Shown here in pieces: positions 11,519-21,601 of a DNA stretch of 64,000 nt. Each line of letters opens with the position of its first letter. Position 1 is the first letter of the stretch. Position numbers and translations under genes: made by a program. This DNA is from Penicillus capitatus (Eukaryota > Plantae > Chlorophyta): NCBI GenBank assembly GCA_965649825.1, contig OZ287705.1, forward strand, positions 124,001-188,000, given 5' to 3'. The notes under the pieces are model-generated. The model was not told where the DNA came from and made no database searches. It saw only the letters and a program-made list of their open reading frames with translations.

Positions 11519-13514
11519 ATGTCGCCGACGAAGCATTTGCTTCTCTTTGCCGCCGTCATCTTTTGTTTTGGCTTCAGTCACTGTGTTCAGTTTTCGCGTG
11601 ATATCTGCGAATCGCAATGCGCAGCGGCGTCGGACTTCATCGAGAACCTACCTGCCGAAGGACCCGTTGACGAAGCGGACAATCGTCCGTACGCATGGTC
11701 CATCGTTGCGCAGTTTCAAATCATGTTCAACCTTGGAGCCATAACGCCGCCGGGTGCCGGTCGCGTGTGCGGACTCACCGGAACCTGTCTCTTCGAGGCA
11801 GCCGCGCTCACCACTAAACGTAAGCATCCTCTCGCGTTAGGCCTTTTCCGCATGTCTACACAGGGTTTCGTTCGACGACGGGTAATCCGCTGATACTACC
11901 ATGGGAAGTCGACGAGGACACGGTGACCAACACAATGGACGGCGCCGGATTCTGGGCGGTGAAGTCACTCTTCGAAGACTTCGATAGCTTCTCCACGGTC
12001 TTCGAACAGTACGAAGCCTTCTCGGGCATGACCATCGACGACATCATTCCTCTGATCGACGTCGCCGTGCAGCTGCCGCCTAAAGAGTTGAAAAAGTTCC
12101 TGTTTACATTGGACAAGCGCCGCGCCGGGATCGTTGCCGGTGCCGTCGCCTGTCAACGTGTCGTCGACCAGGCAAGTCACTATTCCTTGGAGAAGGCGTT
12201 TGCACCACCATCGCCTGTCGAATAGATCACGGAGGACGGCTTTGAACCCAACGGTACACTGAAACCTGGAGATGTCGACCCAACGGGTTACGCTCCTGTG
12301 AATGCGCCTCAGACACTCGCCGGAATAACGGACTGCGACAGCCAGATCGTCGACATCGGCCGATGGCAGCCGCTCTGCATTCCGGAAACCCTGGAGCAAT
12401 TTGGAACACCCGAATGCACGCCACAGGAGTTCGCATTTCCATGGGCAGGTCGTTTCACCACGTTTGCTCTTGAAGAAGGAGACGAGACGACGGGAGAGGC
12501 GCTGTTGCCGCCGCCTCCTCCCCCCGCAAGTTCGGAATTCAGACGTCAGTTCCGCGCCATTCTTGAGTACTGACTGCACCATCGCGTGATGATCATCTCG
12601 ATGCTCACTCTCTGTGCTCTCCAGGACCTCTGCCGCCTTGGACGATGTGCTGAAGATCATTGCGGAGTACTGGGCGGATGGACCCGATACGACGGCTCCG
12701 CCAGGACATCTGTGGAAGATCGCAGGAGATGCCGCTTTGGCCGAAGGTCTCGATCAGTTGGAGACGGCCAGACTGCTCTTCGTGGTCGGGAACGCCGTTT
12801 ACGATGCCGGGATCGCCAGCTGGAGGACAAAGGTCACCTTCGATTACGCGCGTCCGGTCTCCGTCATCCAGTGCGGCGGATTCGGAGCAGAGTAAGAACA
12901 GAGCTCCCTCTACTGTGGCAGATCACAAAGTGTGACCCTGTAGAGAGAGACTCGCATGGCGAGGACCTTACATGGGCGTCGGTCTGACCAACATCAGCGA
13001 ATGGCGTCCGTTCCAGGCGGCAGATTTCGTCACACCCAACTTCGCCGCCTACACATCTGGTCACTCCACTTTCAGCGCCGCCGGATCCGAAGCGCTGCGA
13101 CTCTTCTTCGGCGACGACAAATACAGAGGCCCGTCGTGCTACTTTTCAGCGGCGGGCACTTCCTTCTTCGAGCCCAAATCCGACGTGCTGCCCGGATTCA
13201 GCGACATCCCGAACACCGGTCCGATGTCTGTTGGATACGTCCCCGCTGACGACGTCGTCCTTTGCTGGGAGACCTGGACCGATGCCTCTGATGAATCCGG
13301 ATTCTCGCGTTTCCCTGGTGGCATTCACGTCCAGGCAGATGACGACGGAGGACAAGTTCTGGGGAGAGAGATCGGTCGCCTCGTCTTCGAGAAGGCTGAG
13401 GCTTTTGTTAATTCGTATGTCTATGACCACGATCACGATCACGGTGACGACGCATTCTTCAGCAAAGAGGACTTTGAGTTCTTCTTCTACAAACACGAAA
13501 ACGATGTGCAATGA
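11519..13514 (+). CDS. Secreted vanadium-dependent haloperoxidase (PAP2 superfamily, bacterial type), 595 aa; join 11519-11819, 11864-12171, 12226-12566, 12625-12891, 12944-13514
   Basis: Signal peptide, then DPTGYAPVN, RWQPL, AEYWADGP..PPGH, KVTFDYARP, TPNFAAYTSGH and SRFPGGIH. All seven vanadate-site residues are present. Four introns (one GC-AG) restore a single frame. Confidence 0.92.
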
Positions 13515-14486
13515 TCATTTTGCAACTTTTCCGAAGTCATTCATTTCGAAACCGGGACGAGGGGGTTTGGATCATTTTGGCCTGTCTTACACATGAAACA
13601 CGGCGCATTGCCGTTTTGCCATCGTACCTCATTCAATCAGGACACAGGTGTACATGCCGCGGCCCTGTGTGCTTCAAACTGTTAATCCTTCAAACTTCGC
13701 AGTGATAGACGTATGATGCGAGCGCGTCGACTGGTCTTTGATGCATGTATGCAACATCTCGCCGTCTCTGAGAGAGGATCAAAGCACATGGAACAGGTGA
13801 AGGGATCCAGCATCCATGCGAACGAACACACCCACACTTGTCACAACTGGCAAGAAAGTGGGAGTTCTGGAGAAACTGGAGGAGTTGATCGACGAGTAGA
13901 AGGAGCGTCTTGTAGGTGAACACTAGAGCGCACAATGCAATTGCGCTGAGGAAGCTTCTGACTCTCTTTTGAGATGTATCCAGTGCCCGACACCTCCGTG
14001 ATATAACTCATCGTCTTGGACTCCACACAGGTCATGTCAAGCAACTTAACTACGGCCATGATGAATCCAAGTCCGAAAGCATCTTTGTACCTTCGGTTAC
14101 CGAAGAAACGCCAGAAAGGAAAGATGGTGGTGTAGTAGACAGAGGAGACCAAGAAACGATTCATGAAGAAGGTTGACTGGCCACTGTGCCGAATCCGGCA
14201 ACGTCCTGAAGATACTGTACAGCTCAGAATGTTATTGTTGGATGAGATCGCTGATTCGCATAAAGCAGGATCGCTTAGGCAAGTTAAGGGTACTTCGGCA
14301 GACGATACGATGCCTATGTACTTCGTCTCGGCCAAAACGAACAATTCGACAATTAAAGTTGATCTGTTGCATTCAATGATGGATGCTTGACCAAAGCATT
14401 CCATCCATTCAGAATGGCATATCTCACAGTTATCCTTTAACGGGGAACTCTCTTCGGTTGATCAGATCGCTTCTCCAAAACAGTTC

Positions 14487-17400
14487 TTATTCTGCCTTCT
14501 TCGTGACACGTTTGGCTCTCGGAATCTTCTGCAACGACGATTCCAACTGCTTAAAAAGGACTTTGAGCTTCTCCTTGGCCAATTCCAAGTAGCCATCGAT
14601 CTCATCTTTGCGCATCTCGTACACCTTTGGTGCCAAGAACGCCACCAACACGCCTAGAAAACGCATGCTTCCACACGCCATCCTCATGACTGGCCATGAC
14701 TCTTCATCACCCAGGTAAGCCAAGGTCGGGAGCGAGAAGATGGACGTCACGCGTGCCACCGCATACAGTCCTCCCAGGACCTGCTTATCATCTGTCAGCA
14801 GGACGATCGAAACGGCAGGACGACTTTTGCGGAGAGCGTGAGATCTTGACCGCTGACGGCACGACGAACCACTGCTGCAGAACGAACGTCACATCATTCA
14901 TCGCCCACTGTCGACGGTCGGCTGTCTCTCCTTACCCAAGACTTCGTTGACTCTTGGTAGAATCCTCTCCACTTGCTTCTTCACGTCTCCCTCGGAGAGG
15001 CCATCTCGAATGAAGGTAGGGATGGGAGGGTCTCTGCAGCGCACGTGCACGATAAGAGTCTGATAGCCGTGTCGAAACGACATATTCACGAAAGGTGCTG
15101 CGCAGTGCCACAGGAGCAGGCCGCCGATGACGGTGAGCAATGCGTAGGCAGCGAGGCAGAAGACGGAGAGAGAACTCCACTCGAGGCCGAGGTATCCGAC
15201 AGTGAGACCGCCGAAGATACTTCCGGACAGACGCGCATCGCGCCACATCAGGATGTCCTCGACTGCTCAGCGCAACGTCGCTGGGGTCGCAGAAGGGAAG
15301 GAGATGTCGGGAATCGATGTAACAACGTGTTCAGAAAGAGTCGGCTCTCTCGCGCAACGAACGACAGAAACGCAATCAGATTCTCTTGGATGTGAACAGG
15401 AATAATCACAAGGCGAAATGTCGGCCTTAAATACTCGTGGTGGTTCGGGAGTTCCTAACCTTAGTGTCTAACAGCTGCGAACTCCTAGTGCATATCGCAT
15501 AACCACATGCCTAACGTTATGAGGAAGTTAGCTTGAGAACCGGCATCCGTCGCGACCGATGGTCAGCGCGCCTGGATGGTTATGCTACGGCTCACTACTT
15601 CCGGTGGTTAGACGACGGCAGATAAGGGCTACATGTCCTACAATGACTCCTCCTCACTTAACACGTCTCGTCCCGACGTTTAAGTGACACAACGAAAAGG
15701 AAAACAGCCTTGCCTAGGGAAAGGTAGAATCAATGGGCACAAGACGACTTTATTGGGAAGCGATCCACGGCTTCACACAGAACTGCGGCATTCTCTTCAC
15801 GCGGCCACCCACTAACACCTTGCAAGCTCCTTGATTCCCCCACCACGTCACGACACCCTTCTCGAACGTCGCCTCGAGTTTTCCGTGGTTTTCAAGTCGA
15901 TAGACACGGACCTCCGTTCCGGGATCAATACGCTGCATACCAGCCTCCTTGGTCCAGGACTCGCGGCTCTTCTTAGACGAGTCACGAAACTGCTCGCGGC
16001 AGAGCGCCATGTTCGTCAGACGATCGGCGAGGGCGGATTGTAGCGGCTCTGCACTACCTCTAGGTTCGCCGGACAACAGATCCACTTCTGTGCGGCTTTT
16101 CGGGACGACCCCTGTAAGAAGTTCGAGTGGTGACAGGAACTTGCCTCGACGCGCGTTCACGGCGAAGGTCGCGGCCGGAAGGTTTTCATCCCAGCTTCGC
16201 GGGTTCGGACACTTCCTCAGGCGGTCGAGTAGGAGACGCTGCACGTTCTCGACCTTGCCATGGCTACGTGGGTAACGTGGTGTAGACCATTTGTGCTCGA
16301 TCTTCAGGTTCTTCACTGTCTCGCCAAAAACGCCTCGAAACTCTGTCCCGTTGTCCGTCAGGATCTTCTGCGGCACGCCCCAAGCGCAAATGACTTTATT
16401 GACAAGGAACTTGAGGGTCTTTGCTGCTCCCATGGACGTCAATGCCTCAGTTATTACGTAGCCCGTGAAGCAGTCGATCGCTGTCACGAATCCAACAGCC
16501 TTCCGAGGTGTCGCCGGCAGCCCGACGACCGTATCCAGCTCAACCAGCTCCCATGGTTCTTCTACAGCTATGGGGAGGGTGCTTCGAATCGGGGGTCTTG
16601 AGCCAAACATCTGGCAGGTCTGACAGGTCTTCACGACATTGTGAACTTGTTTGCGCATCCTTGGAAACCAGTAGCGTTGTCTCAATCTTTGCAGGGTTAT
16701 TTCAGCGGAAAAGTGCCCAACGCAATGTTCTTCGGAGATGACCGCGCGGACCTGGCTTGGTAGCAAGCAAATTTTGCGTCGGCCATCTAAGTCTTCGTAG
16801 AAGAGATTGCGCTCACCCCACCGGAAACGACTGCCTAGTTCGTTGGCTGTCAAGAGGGCTTCTGCATACTCTGGACAAGCTTGGAACGCAGCAGCAACCT
16901 CTTCGGCCACGAGAACAGGGCATTCATCGCATTCTCCCTCGTTATTGACTGGTCGCGGCGCCAAATCTTCGTCGACCAGGCGACTCAGTCCGTCAGCATT
17001 GCGGTGCCTTTCCCCAGACCTCGTCACGTAATGAACATCGTACTCGGAGAGGATGAGCTTCCAGCGGGCAATGCGACCCGTTAGGTCTGTTTTGCGCAGC
17101 ATGTGCGACAGTGCTGCATGGTCAGTTCGAGCGACCACTTTGCGCCCTAGAACATAGACGCGGAATTTCTTTAAGCCAACGACCAATGCCAGTCCCTCTC
17201 GCTCCGTGGTAGAGTATCGTGTCTCAGCGTCTTTCAGGAGTCGAGAGTAGAAGTAGATCGGTCGCTCCTCGCCATTTTGCTCTTGCGACAGAACGGCACC
17301 GACTCCATACGCGCTAGCATCCGTGTCGACCAGGAAAGGGAGGTCCTCGTCAACGGCTGCTAGAACAGCTCCGTCGACCAGGAGCTTCTTCAACTCCTCC

Positions 17401-20400
17401 AATGCCCCTTGGGCCTCGGGAGTCCACTCGAAGTCCCGACGCGTCGACAGGAGGCTCGACAGCGGCGCACTTACGCTAGCGAAGTTCTTGAGGAAACGGC
17501 GGTAGTACGAAAACATGCCGTAGAGGGATTGCATTTGTTTTCTGTCCTTGGGAGGAGGCATCTTCAATATTTTCTCGACTTTGATTTCGTCCATGCGCAT
17601 TCCGTCGGGGCACAGCCGATGACCAAGGAAATCGACCTCTTGATAGCCGACGAAACACTTCTTCGGCTTCAGACGGAGTCCTCCATCGCGACAGCGTTCG
17701 AACACGCGTCGCAAGTCTTCCACGATGCCGGCCTCGTCTTGGTGTGCACAACAGACGTCGTCGATGAAGACGCCGACTCGATCCAATCCGCCATATACTT
17801 GCTCGACTAAACGTGAGTAGGCAGCGGGACCGTTCGTCACCCCAAAGGGGAGAACGAGCCAACAGAAGACGCCAAAGCTTGTAGCGAAAGCCGTCTTCAT
17901 TACGGACTCGGGATGTAACCCTAGGGAATAATATCCGCTGAACCCGTCTAGGGCCGAGTACCATGCGTGACCCATGACGCGATCGAGTAAGTCGTCCGCC
18001 CGTGGCAAAACGAACTTGTCGGGAATAGTGGCGTCGTTGAGCCTCTGGTAGGCACAACAGAAACGAAAGGTACCGTCTTTCTTCGGCGCAATAGTTATTG
18101 GCGACAGCCAACGATCCTTGCGCTTTGGGCAGCCGAATCGTCTGGCAGCTTCTTCCCAGGGGACGATCAGACCAGCATTGAGTAACTCATCGATCTGGGC
18201 TTTCACGAATTCGGTTTCTTTTGGCGCCAAACGTCGCGTGCGCCCGCAGCGCTTCGCGACTTCTCCTTGGCGCAATTCGATTTCAAATTGCATCAGAGGC
18301 GTTCTGACCATGTCTTCAAAGGTCAACGCAAAGCAATCTACGTATTCGCCAACGAGGGAGCGGATACCCGAAAGCACCTCAGGCTGCAATCTTGGGTTAA
18401 TATGCAGTTCTCCCAGTACCTGGTCGCTTAGCACGAGAAAACATTCTTCTTCGCTCTCGCTTTCATCCTCACTTTCACTCTCGCTGGCGAGGGCTTGCAT
18501 TTGTTCAATCAACTCCTCCAGAGCGGCTGCCATATCTGACTCGCTGCTTGCGTCGGAAGCGTCGTCGTCGTCTTCCACAGTTCGGGGTTGCTCCTTGGCG
18601 AAGTAAAGCTTGCGCCATCTAGGAACAACGGCAATGCGCTTCGATACACCAAAGGTGTAAGTCCCGTCGTCGAAGTTGGCCCTTCCATGGACGGTGCGCA
18701 GCCAGTCGGTGCCGAGGAGGATATCGTAAGAATTCCTTGTTGGCAAAACGCTGAACGTCTGCTGCACGACTACTCCGCCGACGTCGACGCGCACCTCGTC
18801 GGTGCGTCCCCAGGGTTTTTGAACGGATCCATCGGCCAACAGCAAGGTGCCCCGGCTTGGAGTCGCGTGTTTCACGCCATGCTGTTTGGCGAAAGCACTG
18901 TTCATTATACTCTGGGACGATCCTGGGTCGACAATCACTTTGGCAACGAACTGCCCCGCCACGAACACCTTGCAGCGCTTCTCATTCGCACCTCGCCTCT
19001 GAGCGAGGGCGGTTTGCTGAGGAGGCGATGCTGGCGCGGGTTGCTCCATTTCCACGTCGGTCTGTGGCGGAGGTGCCGACGCGGAGGGCTGGTCTTCCTC
19101 GGCTTTCTTTTTCTTCGGCTTCGGCGTGAAGCCAAAGGCATCCCTTAGTGCCAAAATCACCTGGGAGTACACTTCTCGTTTGCTGCGTCCTTTCAGGAAT
19201 CGCAGTGGAATGGCCCATGCTTGGGCAGCGTAGTCCGCCCATTCTCGGTCGAGCTCGGGTTTTTTGCGCGGCTTTCGCGCTTTCTTTCCCGACGCGCCTC
19301 GGAGTCGCTTACTGGGTGGGGGTCCATCCCCATTCGCCATCCTGGCGGTTGCTTCGACATCCGCATTGTCTGCGCTCTCGGATACGGATTCGACAAAGCG
19401 GGTCGCGTTGCCTTCGGCGCGTCTCGCTCGCCGCTTCTCTTGCTTCTTTGCGAGTAGGCTGGTCAGTCCGGCGAGGAGTTGGCGGAGTTCTTCGTCGTCG
19501 GAGTCATCCGCCGCCGGTTGTTCAGCGACGATGGTTGTAGTTTTTTGCTTCGAGCTCTCAAGTCGACGGGCTCCGTCCCCTCGGCGGACCGTCGCCCCGC
19601 GTTTCAAGGGTCTCAGCTCCAGTTCCGGTTCATCTTCTTCTTCGTCCGTCTCCACCCGTCCACGGACGTTTGTTTTCGCTTCCGTCGCGCGCTTTGCATA
19701 ACGGAAAGCGTGGTCAAAGGTCGGCGCCAAACCCGACGCGGCAAGTACTGTGAATGCATATTCCGCCGCGCGTTCGTCGCGCAGCCCCCTCAGCCAATAT
19801 TTGTGATAGCGGTCATGGTCCAACGCGGGGCGAGCCCTAGTGCACATCAACATGAAACGCTCGGCGTAAGCAACCAGCGTTTCCCCGCGCTTCTGGAACA
19901 CATGTCGGACGAGGTCCTGCGCACGCTCCGGGTCTTGTTCGCGTACGAACCGGTCGGTCAAGGCCTGACTCCAATCAGCCCACTGCTCATGCAGGTTTGC
20001 GGCGGCGTCAAAATAGAGCTCTGCCCAATCGGCAGCTGGTCCATCCAGTAGCGCGATTGCGATTTCAGCGCGCGTCCCTGGGAGGTCGTCGATTTCCTGC
20101 AATCGGAAGAGCGTGGTCATCTTGTGGACCCATCTCCTAGGGTCACTGCGTCCATCATAGCGTGGAAAGGGAATTGACTCGATCTGCATGGTCAGTCAAA
20201 ACGATAGAAAACGTTCGACTGTTGCCCCGGAGGTCCACCAACTGTCGGGAATCGATGTAACAACGTGTTCAGAAAGAGTCGGCTCTCTCGCGCAACGAAC
20301 GACAGAAACGCAATCAGATTCTCTTGGATGTGAACAGGAATAATCACAAGGCGAAATGTCGGCCTTAAATACTCGTGGTGGTTCGGGAGTTCCTAACCTT

Positions 20401-20635
20401 AGTGTCTAACAGCTGCGAACTCCTAGTGCATATCGCATAACCACATGCCTAACGTTATGAGGAAGTTAGCTTGAGAACCGGCATCCGTCGCGACCGATGG
20501 TCAGCGCGCCTGGATGGTTATGCTACGGCTCACTACTTCCGGTGGTTAGACGACGGCAGATAAGGGCTACATGTCCTACAGGAGAGCAGACTCACGCTTC
20601 CTGTTGCCGATGGGAAGTTGCAGACGGTCAGCCAT
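14487..20635 (-). CDS. Reticulon-family protein; intron 1 contains the Gypsy element
   Basis: Exon 1 (20635-20596, MADRLQLPIGNRK) splices in frame to exon 2 at 15262 (LEDILMWRDARLSG). Two long hydrophobic segments; C-terminus PKVYEMRKDEIDGYL...KKAE*. Confidence 0.88.
15305..15642 (-). repeat. 3' LTR (338 bp)
   Basis: No difference from 20243-20580 was found on reading. Confidence 0.97.
15647..15655 (-). promoter_or_regulatory. Polypurine tract GAGGAGGAG
   Basis: Purine run ending 4 nt before the 3' LTR on the element strand. Confidence 0.75.
15750..20189 (-). CDS. gag-pol: Gag-Pol polyprotein, 1479 aa, single frame
   Basis: Gag capsid (FPRYDG..DP..W), protease VDPGSS, RT (PKKDG..RFC, FIDD), RNase H (DTDAS..GVGAVL), integrase HHCC plus D-D(35)E (LDTV, TDNGTEF, GKVE). 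No chromodomain or CCHC knuckle seen. Confidence 0.97.
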   Translation of the reverse strand: MQIESIPFPRYDGRSDPRRWVHKMTTLFRLQEIDDLPGTRAEIAIALLDGPAADWAELYFDAAANLHEQWADWSQALTDRFVREQDPERAQDLVRHVFQKRGETLVAYAERFMLMCTRARPALDHDRYHKYWLRGLRDERAAEYAFTVLAASGLAPTFDHAFRYAKRATEAKTNVRGRVETDEEEDEPELELRPLKRGATVRRGDGARRLESSKQKTTTIVAEQPAADDSDDEELRQLLAGLTSLLAKKQEKRRARRAEGNATRFVESVSESADNADVEATARMANGDGPPPSKRLRGASGKKARKPRKKPELDREWADYAAQAWAIPLRFLKGRSKREVYSQVILALRDAFGFTPKPKKKKAEEDQPSASAPPPQTDVEMEQPAPASPPQQTALAQRRGANEKRCKVFVAGQFVAKVIVDPGSSQSIMNSAFAKQHGVKHATPSRGTLLLADGSVQKPWGRTDEVRVDVGGVVVQQTFSVLPTRNSYDILLGTDWLRTVHGRANFDDGTYTFGVSKRIAVVPRWRKLYFAKEQPRTVEDDDDASDASSESDMAAALEELIEQMQALASESESEDESESEEECFLVLSDQVLGELHINPRLQPEVLSGIRSLVGEYVDCFALTFEDMVRTPLMQFEIELRQGEVAKRCGRTRRLAPKETEFVKAQIDELLNAGLIVPWEEAARRFGCPKRKDRWLSPITIAPKKDGTFRFCCAYQRLNDATIPDKFVLPRADDLLDRVMGHAWYSALDGFSGYYSLGLHPESVMKTAFATSFGVFCWLVLPFGVTNGPAAYSRLVEQVYGGLDRVGVFIDDVCCAHQDEAGIVEDLRRVFERCRDGGLRLKPKKCFVGYQEVDFLGHRLCPDGMRMDEIKVEKILKMPPPKDRKQMQSLYGMFSYYRRFLKNFASVSAPLSSLLSTRRDFEWTPEAQGALEELKKLLVDGAVLAAVDEDLPFLVDTDASAYGVGAVLSQEQNGEERPIYFYSRLLKDAETRYSTTEREGLALVVGLKKFRVYVLGRKVVARTDHAALSHMLRKTDLTGRIARWKLILSEYDVHYVTRSGERHRNADGLSRLVDEDLAPRPVNNEGECDECPVLVAEEVAAAFQACPEYAEALLTANELGSRFRWGERNLFYEDLDGRRKICLLPSQVRAVISEEHCVGHFSAEITLQRLRQRYWFPRMRKQVHNVVKTCQTCQMFGSRPPIRSTLPIAVEEPWELVELDTVVGLPATPRKAVGFVTAIDCFTGYVITEALTSMGAAKTLKFLVNKVICAWGVPQKILTDNGTEFRGVFGETVKNLKIEHKWSTPRYPRSHGKVENVQRLLLDRLRKCPNPRSWDENLPAATFAVNARRGKFLSPLELLTGVVPKSRTEVDLLSGEPRGSAEPLQSALADRLTNMALCREQFRDSSKKSRESWTKEAGMQRIDPGTEVRVYRLENHGKLEATFEKGVVTWWGNQGACKVLVGGRVKRMPQFCVKPWIASQ
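20225..20240 (-). promoter_or_regulatory. Primer-binding site TGGTGGACCTCCGGGG, probably tRNA-Ala
   Basis: Begins 2 nt after the 5' LTR. Its complement reads CCCCG-GAGGUCC-A-CCA, giving U70 and A73, the tRNA-Ala signature. Confidence 0.75.
20243..20580 (-). repeat. 5' LTR (338 bp)
   Basis: Starts TGTAGG and ends CCGACA on the minus strand; contains TATTTAA. Confidence 0.97.
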
Positions 20636-20953
20636 GATGCGAAACGCCTCAAAAACGAGCGGGTTCTGGAAGAGGAAACGCCGCGATGTCGTCACGCAAT
20701 CTACGTAAAGGTGCTGACGCGATCGATGCAGGCTTCACATCTCGTACGCGTGTTTTACATTGTACGAATGTACAGTCCACACCTCTCATGTGGGTTTGAA
20801 GTAAAGATCGTCATCCTCGCGATTTCTGTCGCTAGGAATGCGAACCGCAAAAAATTATGATCGACGGAGAAAGTGGCTAGGAGGAGGACTAATTCAATAA
20901 AGAAGATACAAAGTCCTTTATGGTGACGATCATCGTCATCTGATCGACAGACG

Positions 20954-21601
20954 TCAAGCGCGAGAGGCATCGCGCAGCATGAGCAAAGCCAAAGCGGATT
21001 CAAAGAGATCCACGTCTTCGAAGATCTGAAGCAGCAGCTTCCGATCGCGGAGAGATCCGAGAAACGTCGCAGGACGACGTGTTGTGCCGCAGGTCGTCGT
21101 TCTGGACGACACGGAGCTTCGGTCTTTTGTCGCCGTCTTCTCTCGCGGACAGCGACGATTCTTTCGCGCCCCTTTATCTTCGCGTTCTTTCATCTCCAAT
21201 CGCGCCTTCTTATTCCGGCGTCTAGTCCCAGTTACCCCCGCGAGACGTGACCCAACTGATCTCGCCGCCTCTCGTCTGCGCGGCGAAGTGGTAGATGGCG
21301 AAGGGTCTGCACGACAGGACACGCCTGTCACTCCTCAGAGTCACGAGAGATGATGTGACGTGCTTTGCTTGAAATTGCAGACAGCTCTGCCGCCACGAAT
21401 CTTGCGTGCGGCGGCGTCGTAAGCCATTGCCGCTTCTTCTGCTGTATCGAATGTCCCAAGCCAGACGCGTTGTCTCTGACTCGGATCTCGAATCTCCGCT
21501 GCGAATTTCCCCCACGGACGGTGCCGGACGCCACGATAACGGACAGCGCCATTCACCACGTGCACCCCTGGACCTCGACTGTCAACGGCACCTGTCACCA
21601 T
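20954..21601 (-). CDS. AP2/ERF-domain transcription factor (one probable intron near 21330-21365, boundaries uncertain)
   Basis: [19 protein letters not shown]...[32 protein letters not shown]. The downstream ORF has basic NLS-like runs and ends in [10 protein letters not shown]. Confidence 0.9.

Larger units (their letters stand above)
15305..20580 (-). mobile_element. Full-length Ty3/Gypsy LTR retrotransposon, 5276 bp, 5-bp TSD GGAGA
   Basis: TG...CA LTRs of 338 bp; GGAGA at 15300-15304 and 20581-20585; PBS, PPT and an uninterrupted gag-pol with PR-RT-RH-IN order. Confidence 0.98.

Noticed and set aside
13690-14404. Short ORFs between the haloperoxidase and reticulon genes
   Set aside because: No consistent spliced frame or recognisable domain could be built.
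15831-20051. Plus-strand ORFs inside the Gypsy element
   Set aside because: Antisense shadows of gag-pol; no env-like or other independent motifs.
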